Assembly (NCBI GenBank): GCA_951406725.2
Contig: OX597831.1
Coordinates: 69,378,001 to 69,442,000, forward strand
Reading direction: 5' to 3'
Origin: Octopus vulgaris
Taxonomy: Eukaryota
DNA: 64,000 bases
Below are positions 50,152-62,031 of the stretch, piece after piece; position 1 is the first letter of the stretch, and each line of letters begins with the position of its first letter. A model generated the notes under the pieces. The model worked only from the letters and a program-made list of their open reading frames with translations. It did no database searches and was not told where the DNA came from. A program made the position numbers and the translations under genes.

Positions 50152-51852
50152 CTATCATTTTTTTTTTGCCCAATTCACAATTTTGAATTTATATTAGTGA
50201 TTTAGTGCTTTCATGTTTAAGATTATTAATTTTCTCCAAAATGTTATTCAAAATCTTTTTGTTTTCTCAAATGATATTTAGTTCTCTCATGAATATCATT
50301 TTATGAAATAGAATCAGCATAATGGTGCAAATTCTAATGAAGTTGCTTCTACCATGAAAAAAGAAACCCAAATGGCCATCTACAGATAGAGGTAGGATGA
50401 AATTAAAACTGACATCCTTCCAATATATTTTGACATTGCTCTTTCTCTAAGGAATAAATTTATACAATTCAAAATGTAATGATTTAAAATTATTGCCAAA
50501 CTTCACTTTGTTACAGTTTCTAATCTGTTTTGTTTTATATATTTATTAATTAGAAGAGGGGGAGAGTTCATGGGTTTGCAGGCCTTACTAAACTGATGAG
50601 ATTGATACAGGTGGTGTTTTGCTTGAATATTTCTCCCCTAATTTCTGCAAGAAAATTATGGTAACCAAGGGAATTCCAGAGGATTACATTCTGGAATATA
50701 AAGTGGGAGGCAAGTCACTCCTAATATTACAGCAGGTGAGGAGAGATGGATGGGCCTGGAGGAAAAGCTTGTGTAAATGACTTCTTCAAGTTAGTAAATG
50801 TCATTCTTGTAGTAGTAGTATTAAAAGAGGCAAAGTGTTAAATAGAGGAAATTGCACACATCTGTGAGCTGTTTATTGAATCAGATTTGTGAGTGGATCT
50901 TTTCCAGAAAGCTGAAGGTAATTTTTTTAAGGATCTAGTCTAAGATACTTGAGTGTGTGGTAGTAGCACCATGTAAGCAGTACTCCAGTATGAATTTTAA
51001 CTGAGAATTTTGAGCAGGACTGAAGTATTTCTAGCCCTAAAAATGAAAAGGATATATCTTTGAAACTATAACATCATGTCAATCCCCAAGAATAGTCATG
51101 TGAGATTGTGAAATGTAGCATCTGTCGTGACTTTCATGAGTTTCTTTTCATTATATCTTGTATTTTTAACAAATGAGGATTCTGGTTTTGTGACTTCAAC
51201 AGAGAATGTAAAATATACACCCAAATATTATAAGAGCTCCTATCTTCAACTATGGTACTTCTCATTATGTACTAATTAATTGGCTGAGGATATTCAGCAG
51301 GATCAGCTTTAGCATTTAAGTGGAGAGTAACATAGTGAACCCCACAAAATAATTAACTAAACTTACAATCATAGTGAAAAAAAGCATTTGTTTTAATGAT
51401 TAATTCTGGTAAGAAAAGTAAGGAACATATCTTAATTCTATAGTCCCTGCAGGCCCTATAATGCATAAACATTTTGGATGGTAATTTAACTTTTTGTCAA
51501 CAATTCACTTGTTAATGCATTTATTATAACTCTAGCGCAACAAATGCACTCTGCCTTTCAGTGTTTCTGTTGACATCCAGTCAAATTGTTACAGGTCAAA
51601 TATCTGTTGGTCACTTCATTGTCATCAGTTCAGTGTGTGGTCAATTCATCATCAGCATCCAAGCTGAATCTGCCACCAGATTATTAAAAGGCATCTAAAT
51701 AAGAAAATAAACTAGAGTTAAAGAATACAAACTTTTTATTTTTATAAACATGAGAAATAAAAAATATTGAAGTTTTCTTTTGATTGTCTTCAGTTTGTTT
51801 CTTTAAAAGTTTCTAAAAACATCAACACAAAGAAATATAGGTAAAATGACAC

Positions 51853-52115
51853 ATCATCATCATCGTTTAACGTCTGCTTTCCATGCTAGCATGGGTTGGA
51901 CGGTTCAACTGGGGTCTGTGAAGCCAGAAGGCTGCACCAGGCCCAGTCTGATCTGGCAGTGTTTCTACGTCTGGATGCCCCTTCCTAATGCCAACCGCTC
52001 CGTGAGTGTAGTGGGTGCTTTTTATGTGTCACCGGCACTGGTGCCAGACGAGGCTGGCAAACGGCCACGATCGGATGGTGCTTTTTACGTACCACCGGCA
52101 TGGAGGCCAGACGGG
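51853..52115 (-). mobile_element. RTE LINE 3'UTR copy abutting a Helitron
   Basis: Near-identical to 6761-7015. Confidence 0.87.
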
Positions 52116-52116
52116 A

Positions 52117-52159
<43 letters not shown>

Positions 52160-53300
52160 CAGGATGTGTGTGTGTGTGTGTGTACATGAATGTAATTTAT
52201 GCATGTCCACAAATTAGCATGCATGTCGCTCCAATCTGAGGAGGACATTCGTCATGACCCTAGCTGTATTTTTGTCAAATTATTTTTCCCCGAGGCACCA
52301 GCAAATAGCAGTAAAAATAATCCACCACTGTTTACAAACATGAGTTAAGTCTCCTTCTAGTGACAGGTAAGTTTCGTTAAGACATTTGTTTTTGTCCCAT
52401 TGAGGGAAAAAAATGTTTTGCCGAAATACGGGCAACACACACACATACACACACACACACAAACATGTATGCATACAAAAAACGTATGCAAAAGGTGTAC
52501 GTACGTGTGTGTGTGCATGTGGGTGATGCCCGTATATATATATATATATATATACTTAAGACTTAGTTGTGATCTGAACATAACCACTTCTGACACAGAG
52601 GATTGGGAGCCCTTTTAGGCATTCTATTTCCCTTGCTGGAAGGGTTCCCAACCCATGGGCACAGGGGGGTTAGATGATAGGAGTGGTGTTTTCAAAAGGG
52701 CTGGCATGTGCAACCTAATCACCTCTGCCAATCAAACTCCCAACCCATGTGTTCCTGTCACAACACTGATTCTGCAGAACTGGGTTGGGTGTGAAAACCT
52801 ACTTTAAAGTATAAATATTGGTGTTTTTAAATCAGCAATGTTGTGTTTGGTTAAGTCTCATTTGGGATGAAAAATCAATAAACTGATTCCTTATGGGGTT
52901 TTCCATTTAATCTGAATTTAAAATATCGATAATCCGATTCCTTATAGGATTTCCCACTAAAATTGGCTACACCCCATTTTCAACCATAACTTTTACCAAT
53001 TTTGATGTATTTTGTTCAAAATTGATGCCAGCATTACTTAGGACTCATGGGATCTGTGAATGCTTTAAATTCTCCAAAACCAGAAAAATAAAACAGTCCA
53101 TTAGGGGAAAAAATCAATAAGCCGATTCCTTATAGGATTTTCCAATCAAATTGTCTGCAACTCATTTTCAGCCAAAAGTTTACCAATTTCAACGGATTTC
53201 GCTCAAATTTGACGTTGATGTTAGTTTAGTTTGAAATAAAGAGCTTGATTAGCTTAATAATCCCAACTAAAACCCGGGCAAAGCCGGGCTATACTGCTAG
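52117..53300 (+). mobile_element. Non-autonomous Helitron (~1.2 kb) with internal repeats
   Basis: A^TCTG(TA)nAAAG 5' end with (TG)n; 3' hairpin CCCGGGCAAAGCCGGG followed by CTGCTAG^T; three copies of AAAATCAATAAGCCGATTCCTTATAGGATTT-like blocks. Confidence 0.8.
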
Positions 53301-56251
53301 TAGAATATAAATGACGAAATAATTAATACTTATGAATTAATATATGAAGGAAAAATAACTGTCTAAAATTTATTTGCTTAAAATAATATATTTAAACATT
53401 TATGAAAAGCACAAAAAGTGACTGATAAAATCTAAAGTTAACAAAGAAAATACATTGAAATATTAAAATTTCAGATTATGAGCAGCTACTTTTGAGAAGT
53501 TAATTTTTAATTCAGAATCGTCTATCACATTTCTAATGCACTCATTCATATCTCAGCATGTCTTCTTTTGGATGGTTTCTTCTTGGATATTATTTAGGAC
53601 TTGTTTGGATTCATTACTATCAATGAATTCTTCATAGCAAAATTAAGTGTCTTTAGATATATGAAATATTCTAATTGCTACATTTCTGATTTCTCCAAAA
53701 GCAAAATCTTCAATCTTTTGCATTACATATTAAACAAAACCAGCTCTAAACACTCTGATAACCACCCACAGCAATGATCTAATTCCTGCAAGACTCCTTG
53801 GGTGAAGAAACAATTGGTATTACTTTTAATGCACATAGTTTAAACTAAAACCAAAACAAATGTTACAAACTTATACCTGCATAACAGAGTGAAATAACTA
53901 TTATTCTAACTGGGATGCAAATAACAAATTGGTCTGATGCTGTCTCTTTTACCTCTTCTATTAATGGCGTTTACACCTGTAAATTTACAAGGCTTGTATT
54001 ACTCTAAGGAGTTCCAATCATTACTTTGAAACTTGTTGCTTTAAGTTTTAAATGTGCAATCCTTATTTTTTTAAGGATAGTTAAAAATGTTTCACAGGAG
54101 TATCTGATTTAGTTCATGAGATTAGATACATTATGGGTATCTTGTGTTAGATACAGCATCGATAGTTTGGGAAAGAATTGGCTGTCTCACTGGATTGGTC
54201 AAGTAAATGTAGAGAATCACCTTCATGGGCTCAGTGGATAAGTATACTGGATAAAAATTGGAGATTTTTAGACCAGAGTTAGACTGATAAATAAAATACA
54301 TCTGCCAGAGTACATTTCATCTGATATGATCTAATGGAAAAGGATAAAAAAAAAGTTTAAAAATATGAAAGAGATTAACCACTTATAAATGCCACAGATA
54401 TTCCAGGAAGTATTGTATTTAATAAATTCTTCAAGACACTGTAATTATGTGTTGGTGTTGAATTTTGAAATATACAAAACAGAGAATTCCTTATAAGCTT
54501 TGTATAACTGATTATGTTAGTTAATCCTTTATGTATGATAAGGGAATTTGAGAAAGTTAATAAACCAGGTTTCTGCAGCTTTAGGCAAATAAAAATAAAT
54601 TTTCCCTTCACAAGATTGGATGTTAGTTTAATAGAGGTAAAGTTGCACTAAAAGTCTGAGATATATACAGGTAAATGTCACAGTATTGACCAGATTATTG
54701 AATGTTGTTATACACTATTAGCTTTCAAATAATGCCACCCTGCTGGCCTGGTGGGTTGGCCAATATATATATATGCATGTGTACCAGTAAGATAAAATAT
54801 TATCTGATATATAATCACCCACTAGAGAAACTAAATTGGACTATTAAGGGAGTCTTCTATGCAGGTGCTTGGCCTACTAATAAAATCACATTGAAACTAT
54901 ACCCCATTACCGTAAGTAAAGGTAAATTGACACTGGGTACTGCACATTTAATAGCCATATTACCCTGCTATTTAGAAGGGATGATATATGGTTAACCCTC
55001 TTGCAACAGCCAGGCTGATTGATTGGCCCAAGTGGTTCAAGCTGAAAGGACTTTGAGGCTCGTCCATTGCCCTGATGAAACAAATGTTTTGAAGTGTAAT
55101 AGCCAATCAGAGATCGTCTTTCAGTAGATATAATATAAAACTATATAATATATGTAGTTTCACATATTAATAAAAGTGAGTTTTAGGCACTTTATCCTTT
55201 GCTTTCTACATGCACCCATCAATTTCAATCTCAACAAAAAAAAAAATGCATTTTGATCTTTTTGGCTACATTATTCCAAAACACCATTTGTCTCAAAAGG
55301 GTTAATGTCATTCTTATCATCAATATTTCTGAATGAAAATGGAATGGCCTTGACTTGTTTACTTCAATCACAAGTCTACACTGTCAGAGTTGCCTGGATC
55401 AAACAACAACATCAATTGCTATTTTTGTTATTCACTTTATTATTGAACTTGGATTGTACAAGAAACATACTTCTATATATTGAATATAGCTGTGTATTCA
55501 TTGTTTTTTATTCTTCATTGTATTGAAATTCCTGTACTGAATAATGTTCGTTGTATCCATGGCTATGATAACCTCTTGCAGAGTGCAGAACAAAGAAAAA
55601 CAAAATCATGTGACAAAATGTACTCTTCAAGGAAGTTTACGTTCACTTGTAGAAGAAACTGTAAGTTGGATTTTTAATGAGTTTCCTCATTAGTGAATAA
55701 TGAAAAAGCTGCAAGATAAATCAACCAAGATTTATAAAGTAAATCAATGTAATAGGATAGTTAATTTGAAGACAATGAAAATGTTTGTTGCATGCTTAAT
55801 AAATGTCACGAAAACAAAATCTATATCAGAGTGGAGTCAAATAAATGATTATAAATATTTGCTAGAATGTCTGAGAGATGCTAGCAAAGATTGCTAATGT
55901 GGTGAATATAATCTAGAAGTATTTCTGTTTTGCTATTAAAAGAAAACATGCAACAGAAAGATGTGAAATAATTTAGGTGTTAAGCATTTTGTTGTTTAGA
56001 TTCGGAGTGTAACATTTTGTATTTTAAGTATTCTTTTGTCTTGCTATTTAATACCAATGTAACCATTGATATTTCCTGCATTCACTGCAATAAGGATCAT
56101 TGTGAACAAATCTCATTAATATTGATTTGCTTTTAATTACTCGTAATCAATTTTATATTGAAGCAATAGAGTAGGTGTACCATTGATAAACAAGAATCCT
56201 TTTGAATGGTAGGACTGCCTTCCTCCTCCCCACACTCGAACTGCAAGTATT

Positions 56252-56642
56252 TTTTTTTTTGCAGCACTCCGTTGGTTACGACGATGAGGGTTCTGGTTGA
56301 TCCGAATCAACGGAACAGCCTGCTCATGAAATTAACGTGTAAGTGGCTGAGCACTCCACAGACACGTGCACCCTTAAGGTAGTTCTCGGGGATATTCAGC
56401 ATGACACAGAGAGTGACAAGGCCGGCCCCTTGAAATACAGGTACAACAGAAACAGGAAGTAAGAGTGAGAGAAAGTTGTGGTGAAAAAGTACAGCAGGGA
56501 TCACCACCATCCTCTGCCGGAGCCTCGTGGAGCTTTTAGGTGTTTTCGCTCAATAAACACTCACAACACCCGGTCTGGGAATTGAAACCGCGATCCTATG
56601 ACTGCGAGTTCGCTGCCCTAACCACTGGGCAATTGTGCCTCC
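56252..56642 (-). mobile_element. SINE family B (tail type 1), with poly(A) tail and 10-bp TSD
   Basis: TSD TGCAAGTATT at 56242-56251 and 56643-56652. Confidence 0.92.
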
Positions 56643-56809
56643 TGCAAGTATTAATTAACAAACAAACACACAAAACCTGTTGCATTCATTTTTCATTTAT
56701 TTATTAACAGTACTTGTCTCCTATGAAATGTACTATTTCAATCTGGTCTCGGATATATTTCCAAATTTGTCACACTTCATTTGTAGCCAGTATTATTAAG
56801 AAGTAAATG

Positions 56810-56959
56810 CAAGGCTGTGTGGTAAGTAGCTTGCTTACCAACCACATGGTTCCGGGTTCAGTCCCACTGCGTGGCATCTTCTGCTATAGCCCCGAGCCGA
56901 CCAATGCCTTGTGAGTGGATTTGGTAGACAGAAACTGAAAGAAGCCTGTCGTATATATG

Positions 56960-56990
<31 letters not shown>

Positions 56991-57209
56991 TTATGTGTCT
57001 GTGTTTGTCCCCCTAGCATTGCTTGACAACCGATGCTGGTGTGTTTACGTTCCCGTTACTTAGCGGTTCGGCAAAAGAGACTGATAGAATAAGTACTGGG
57101 CTTACAAAGAATAAGTCCTGGGGTCGATTTGCTCGACTAAAGGCGGTGCTCCAGCATGGCCACAGTCAAATGACTGAAACAAGTAAAAGAGAGAAAGAGA
57201 AAAGAGAGT
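56810..57209 (+). mobile_element. tRNA-derived SINE, family A (13-bp internal deletion)
   Basis: GTGGCATCTTCTGCTATAG versus consensus GTGGCACCTTGGGCAAGTGTCTTCTACTATAG. Confidence 0.9.
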
Positions 57210-57592
57210 ATACTTTGTATGTGTGTGTGTGTGCGTGTGTGATCTTTAATATCTAAATGACACTTCCATGAGATAATTGTTTTTCTTTCAACTGTATCTC
57301 AGATCAACTCACTTAGCAAACAAGTACAGCTCCAAAACAAAGAAATAAGGAAAAGTGAAACGAATCTTCTAACAATATGTCTGTAATAGTAAAACAGACT
57401 GAGTAAACCGTAACTCTAAGAACACTGTGAAAGTAATTATACTTAAAAATGCATCAAGCAGTAAAATAGCTGTATTTGATAAACGTAAACTGAAATCAAT
57501 GCTGAAACAAAATGATTGGTCTGGATGACTGATTACTGAAGATCAATGAATACATTTGTGAAACAAAAACACACACACATGCACGCAGGCAC

Positions 57593-57653
57593 ACATCCAT
57601 TGATCCATCCATCCATCCATCCATCTATCTATCTCTCTATCCCTATCTCTCTG

Positions 57654-57687
<34 letters not shown>

Positions 57688-57735
57688 CATCCATCCATCC
57701 ATCTATCTATCTCTCTATCCCTATCTCTCTGTCTG

Positions 57736-57776
<41 letters not shown>

Positions 57777-57796
57777 TTATCTATCTATCTATCTAC

Positions 57797-57834
<38 letters not shown>

Positions 57835-57916
57835 GTCTATCTGTCTGTCTGTTTGTCTGTCTGCCTGCCAGCCTGCTTGTCTGTCTGTCTGTCTGTCTGC
57901 TTGCCTGCCTGCCTGC

Positions 57917-57978
<62 letters not shown>

Positions 57979-58080
57979 GTCTATTTATCTATCTATCCAT
58001 CTATTTATCTATCTCTCTATCTATCTATCTCTCTATCTATCTATCTATCTCTCTATCTATCTATCTCTCTATCTATCTAT
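57593..58080. repeat. Large compound (TCCA)n/(TCTA)n/(TCTG)n/(CCTG)n tetranucleotide array
   Basis: Direct inspection; continues as (TCTA)n at 58259-58312. Confidence 0.95.
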
Positions 58081-58257
58081 TATTTTTATTACTTTTTTTG
58101 TTCTTCTTTTTCCCTTTTACGATCCCTTTTGATCGAAAACCTACGCCACTTTTTTTTTTGTTTCTTTTGTTTTTTGTTTTTTTCATCCCCCAAAAGAAAA
58201 GCTCTACCTTGTAACTTGTCCCATCTGTGTGCAGCCCTGTGCGGCCAATAAAGAAAC

Positions 58258-58258
<1 letters not shown>
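58081..58258 (+). mobile_element. Probable LINE 3'UTR fragment inserted in (TCTA)n
   Basis: T-rich segment ending GCAGCCCTGTGCGGCC-AATAAA-GAAA, flanked on both sides by the same microsatellite. Confidence 0.45.
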
Positions 58259-58313
<55 letters not shown>

Positions 58314-58468
58314 GTGAATACACCCACACACATATTTGTATAGAAATGATCAAGTTAAAACTGAAATTCAATTCTTTATTAAGCCTTATTTTGTACATTT
58401 AGTAGTCACAAAATATCTCCAGCACACAAGATATAAAAGCAGAGTCACGGGATCAACAACACAATTAC

Positions 58469-58612
58469 CTCTTCTTGAACTCTTTCTGCTGTCATGACAG
58501 CAGTGCGATTTGAGGTTTTGTCATTGTGGTAAACAACTATAAACCATATGTTATCAATCTCAATAAGTAAAGCTCCATTGTAAATGATCAGATGTTTAGA
58601 AAAACAAGATTT
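58469..58612 (-). CDS. Candidate 144-nt exon (phase 0/0), product unknown
   Basis: Acceptor TCTTTTTTCAG, donor GAG|GTAATT, open frame KSCFSKHLIIYNGALLIEIDNIWFIVVYHNDKTSNRTAVMTAERVQEE; no homology recognised. Confidence 0.25.
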
Positions 58613-59833
58613 CTGAAAAAAGACCAGTTCGTTATTTAGAATTCTACAGATGACAAATTACCACATCTAAAAGAACTTTAGTCAGACAGTAAAATGCAAT
58701 CATTTAGTCATTATGTTGCTTTATTAAATTTGTTTTGATCCAAAGTTTTTGCATTGCAAAACTATTTCTATATATATGTAACAAGGGAGGATTTGTATTA
58801 TCTTCTGGAACTAAATTTATTAATTATATTAATAAGGAAATTGTCCATGTAATACAATTAATGGAAACAATAAGATGAAATGACATTTACGACATGTACA
58901 TAAAGTCTTTATTAGAAATTCAACGTTTGGATTAATGTTTTACACATCACATACATATTCATGCTTCTGTGGTGTGTCTCCTTCAATCATTCAAGGTTAA
59001 GTGTGTAGCTGTGAAAATAGCTATGAAGAGAGAGAATGCTAATTTGAATCGGATCATGTTGAAGCTGGTGAGATTGGAGAATGTCATGGTGGTTGCGATG
59101 CTCTACCCAAATTGGCAGCAAATTTGACTGAATTAATAGGTTGTGTTTGTGGAAAGTCTAAGCAAGCCACCAAACGATCATGTGAACAACAAAATTTCAT
59201 TGGATAACAATTGGGTTTGGGCATATGATCGAATTGTGATTTTTATGTGGAAGTGTTATGTATGAAATTTATTGTCTAGTAGGTACTAAATACCTCGACT
59301 GCCCTTGTGTATATTCACTTATGTTTAGGGTGGAAGGTTAAAAGTATTGTTGAAGTGTTATGTAATATCAGTTGTATTTATATTTGTTTCAGTTTTTTAG
59401 GTTATGAATTCAAATCCCATGGTAGGCAAAGTTGCTTTGCTTTCCATCCTTCCAATATTGTTGAGATAAAATAGTAATAAAGGACAGAAAACTATATAAT
59501 CAACTGTTCCCTTACTCAAAATTCAAGGTATTGTGCCTCTGCTAAAAATCACTGAGCTAAATACAGAATGTTTGTTTGTAGCATGTAGAACATAAGTAAG
59601 TAAGATTAAAAGATATAAGGGAGTCTGCTAACATTAAAAAGGGATATTAGAATATTTTACTTACAAATTTGTTTTATATCATGACTTGTTAATTTGTTAC
59701 CTGATAACCGATATCAATTATTTTGAATTTATGCAAATAAGCAAATGGAAAAAAATAATAAAAGGGCCCTTGCAAAAATAATATCAATTATGTGGTTGAA
59801 TTTGTAGAATCATTAGAAAATCAAGCAAAATAC

Positions 59834-60028
59834 CTTGTAATGGGGTCGTTTGTTCTTCATAATCTGGGGGCCATAAAATAAAGACTTCCTGCTTCTTGCC
59901 TGCTTTACAAACCCTTATTGTTTCTAGAAGAAATTGTAACTCCATTTGGTATCTATGTAAATCTAAGTGTTCAGAGCAAGCAAAATATCCTATGTACAAA
60001 TCGCCATATTGATGATGATATGAGTGCC
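59834..60028 (-). CDS. Candidate 195-nt exon (phase 1/1), product unknown
   Basis: Acceptor CTATTAG, donor AAG|GTATTT, open frame HSYHHQYGDLYIGYFACSEHLDLHRYQMELQFLLETIRVCKAGKKQEVFILWPPDYEEQTTPLQ; non-repetitive. Confidence 0.25.
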
Positions 60029-61578
60029 CTAATAGATCAAGCAAATGTGACCTCACAGATCACTTTCAGCTATGGCTACAAAACAAGAGTAAACTGTGTT
60101 CTTAATTCTTAAGACTAGCCGGTGTTCAATCACTCTTTTTGCCTCTTCAGTCTTTGTAAATTTTATCTAAATTTTCATACTATGTGTTTTGTTTTAACTT
60201 TTCCTCATTTCCTCTTAATTATGAGTATTTTAGGTATTTTTTATGACAGCTATAATTTAGTTCAGTTTGTCTAGATTCTGTTAAATAACTTAAAGAAAAC
60301 CATCAGTGTAGCACAGTGAATGTCTCTACCATGATACAATGAATATTCTGATTGATTCTGATGCAGGATGTTGGTTAGTTGAGGCAGTTGACAGTGCTTA
60401 CTTTATTTCTCACCCTTAAAAGAAAATAAAGAACAACAGCTGATCATATATCAGAGTTAAGATGCCGTTTACTGACAAAAATTAATTGATGTTATTGCCA
60501 GCAATTTATTGAAAGTAAATCAAGAAACACAGATTTGATTAAAAAGAGAAACAAATCTTTGAAAATATTTCTGTGCTTTAATTGTAAGTGAATCAAAAAA
60601 GATTCATAAGAAATGAATAATTCATATTTTTGAAACAATGACTTAATTTGACCAGGCATAATTCCTTGTTAGGATGTTTTAGTGTATTGAACAAACCATC
60701 AGTTTTCTAATTGTAATTATTGATTAAAAAATGTTGAATAATGAGAACTTTGTTAAAAACATATATATTATATAACACTTAAAGAAAAAACATCTATCTT
60801 ATAGATCAATTACATAAGCATTTTGTGGGTGAAAAACTTGAAACATAGAAGACAAACCAGTTTTTGTTATATCGTTCAAGTAAAAATGCAATAAGGTTGA
60901 CCCCAGATTCCTGTTCAAGAGCCTGAATCATAGAACATGAATTAAACATAATTCTTGTATTTCTAACTGTTTTGACTTGGCAGAAAACCCAGTATTTTGA
61001 AATTAAGAGAATGGAAAATTATGATTTTAATACTTTTTCCTGATTTGAGTTGATGCAGGTGAAATAAAAACAACTTCAGCTGATGAATTGAAACTATGTA
61101 ATAGTTTCAGCTTGTCAAAGTAATTTGCTCTGTCTATATCACTTTCTATATTCAGATATCTGAGAGCATTATTTCGAAATAATCAATGTACTATCTTAAA
61201 AACAGATTATTATATTTTATGAAAAACAATTATACTTCTACATAACCACTTTACAACACAGTTCAACAACCAAATGCTGCCTATTGGGGAAAATGAGAAT
61301 GATTGTCTTCATGCTTTAGAGATTCTGATGGCTAGCATGAGGTCTAATTTTTCCCTGTCATTAATATGGATCATTTGCTCAACCTAAGATTTTCTACTTT
61401 TTACTATTTAATAGATTGTTTTTCATTTTGAGGTAAGACTAAATATTTGTTGCTTAACGTAAAACATATTATGAAAGCAGATCCAGCTCAAGTTTAGTTT
61501 TCATTGAAACTAATGTTTTTTTCTTTTGTCATTTGCATTAATCATCAGTGTGAAGCATAGCATGAAAGTTCAAACCTT

Positions 61579-62031
61579 ATTAGAAATATTGAATTTCTAA
61601 ATGTCTCAGAGAGACATGAGCAGTGGTGGAGCGATATAGTGGTCGTATACTGTCAACTCAATGAGACAGTCCTGTAAGGTAATTACACCACCACCATTTA
61701 GCGCTAGGAAGCATTGACGTTTCCTGTCGGCTTTGACACATTTTCTGTGTCCTTATATTTGCAAAGGGGAGGCAATTCCCCCCACCAGCTGGGACTAAGC
61801 ACCTGAAGACATATGTTTCTGAGTCTATTGCTCGTCGTCAGTTCAGGGTATCCGGTCTCGCTCACTGAGATGACTGCAACCTCTTCGCAAATATATCATA
61901 TTATCACCAAAATTAGAAATATTGAATTTCTAAATGTCTCAGAGAAACATGAATGGTGGTGGAGCGATATAGTGGTCGTATACTGTCAACTCAATGTGAC
62001 AGTCCCATAAGGGAATTACACCACCACCATT
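61579..62031 (-). mobile_element. Retrozyme-like element: 333-bp monomer in ~1.36 tandem copies carrying a hammerhead ribozyme
   Basis: 120-bp direct repeats at 61579-61698 and 61912-62031 (period 333); HHR inside; no recognisable protein coding; many local hairpins. Confidence 0.75.
61802..61847 (-). ncRNA. Type I hammerhead ribozyme
   Basis: Minus strand CCUGAA-CUGACGA-CGAG(CAAUAGA)CUCA-GAAA-C(AUAU)G-UC-UUCAGG: intact core, 6-bp stem I, palindromic stem III ACAUAUGU, GUC cleavage triplet. Confidence 0.82.

Noticed and set aside
53560-53830. Possible pogo/Tigger transposase relic on the minus strand
   Set aside because: Only a faint LQELD..VIRVF resemblance; too degraded to call
61075-61115. 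CTGATGA..GAAAC hammerhead-like string
   Set aside because: No stem II and no stem I pairing; explained by a simple hairpin TGAAACTAT/ATAGTTTCA
61579-62031. TRIM or small LTR retrotransposon interpretation of the direct repeats
   Set aside because: No TG..CA termini, TSD or obvious PBS seen; a tandem permuted monomer with an HHR fits better
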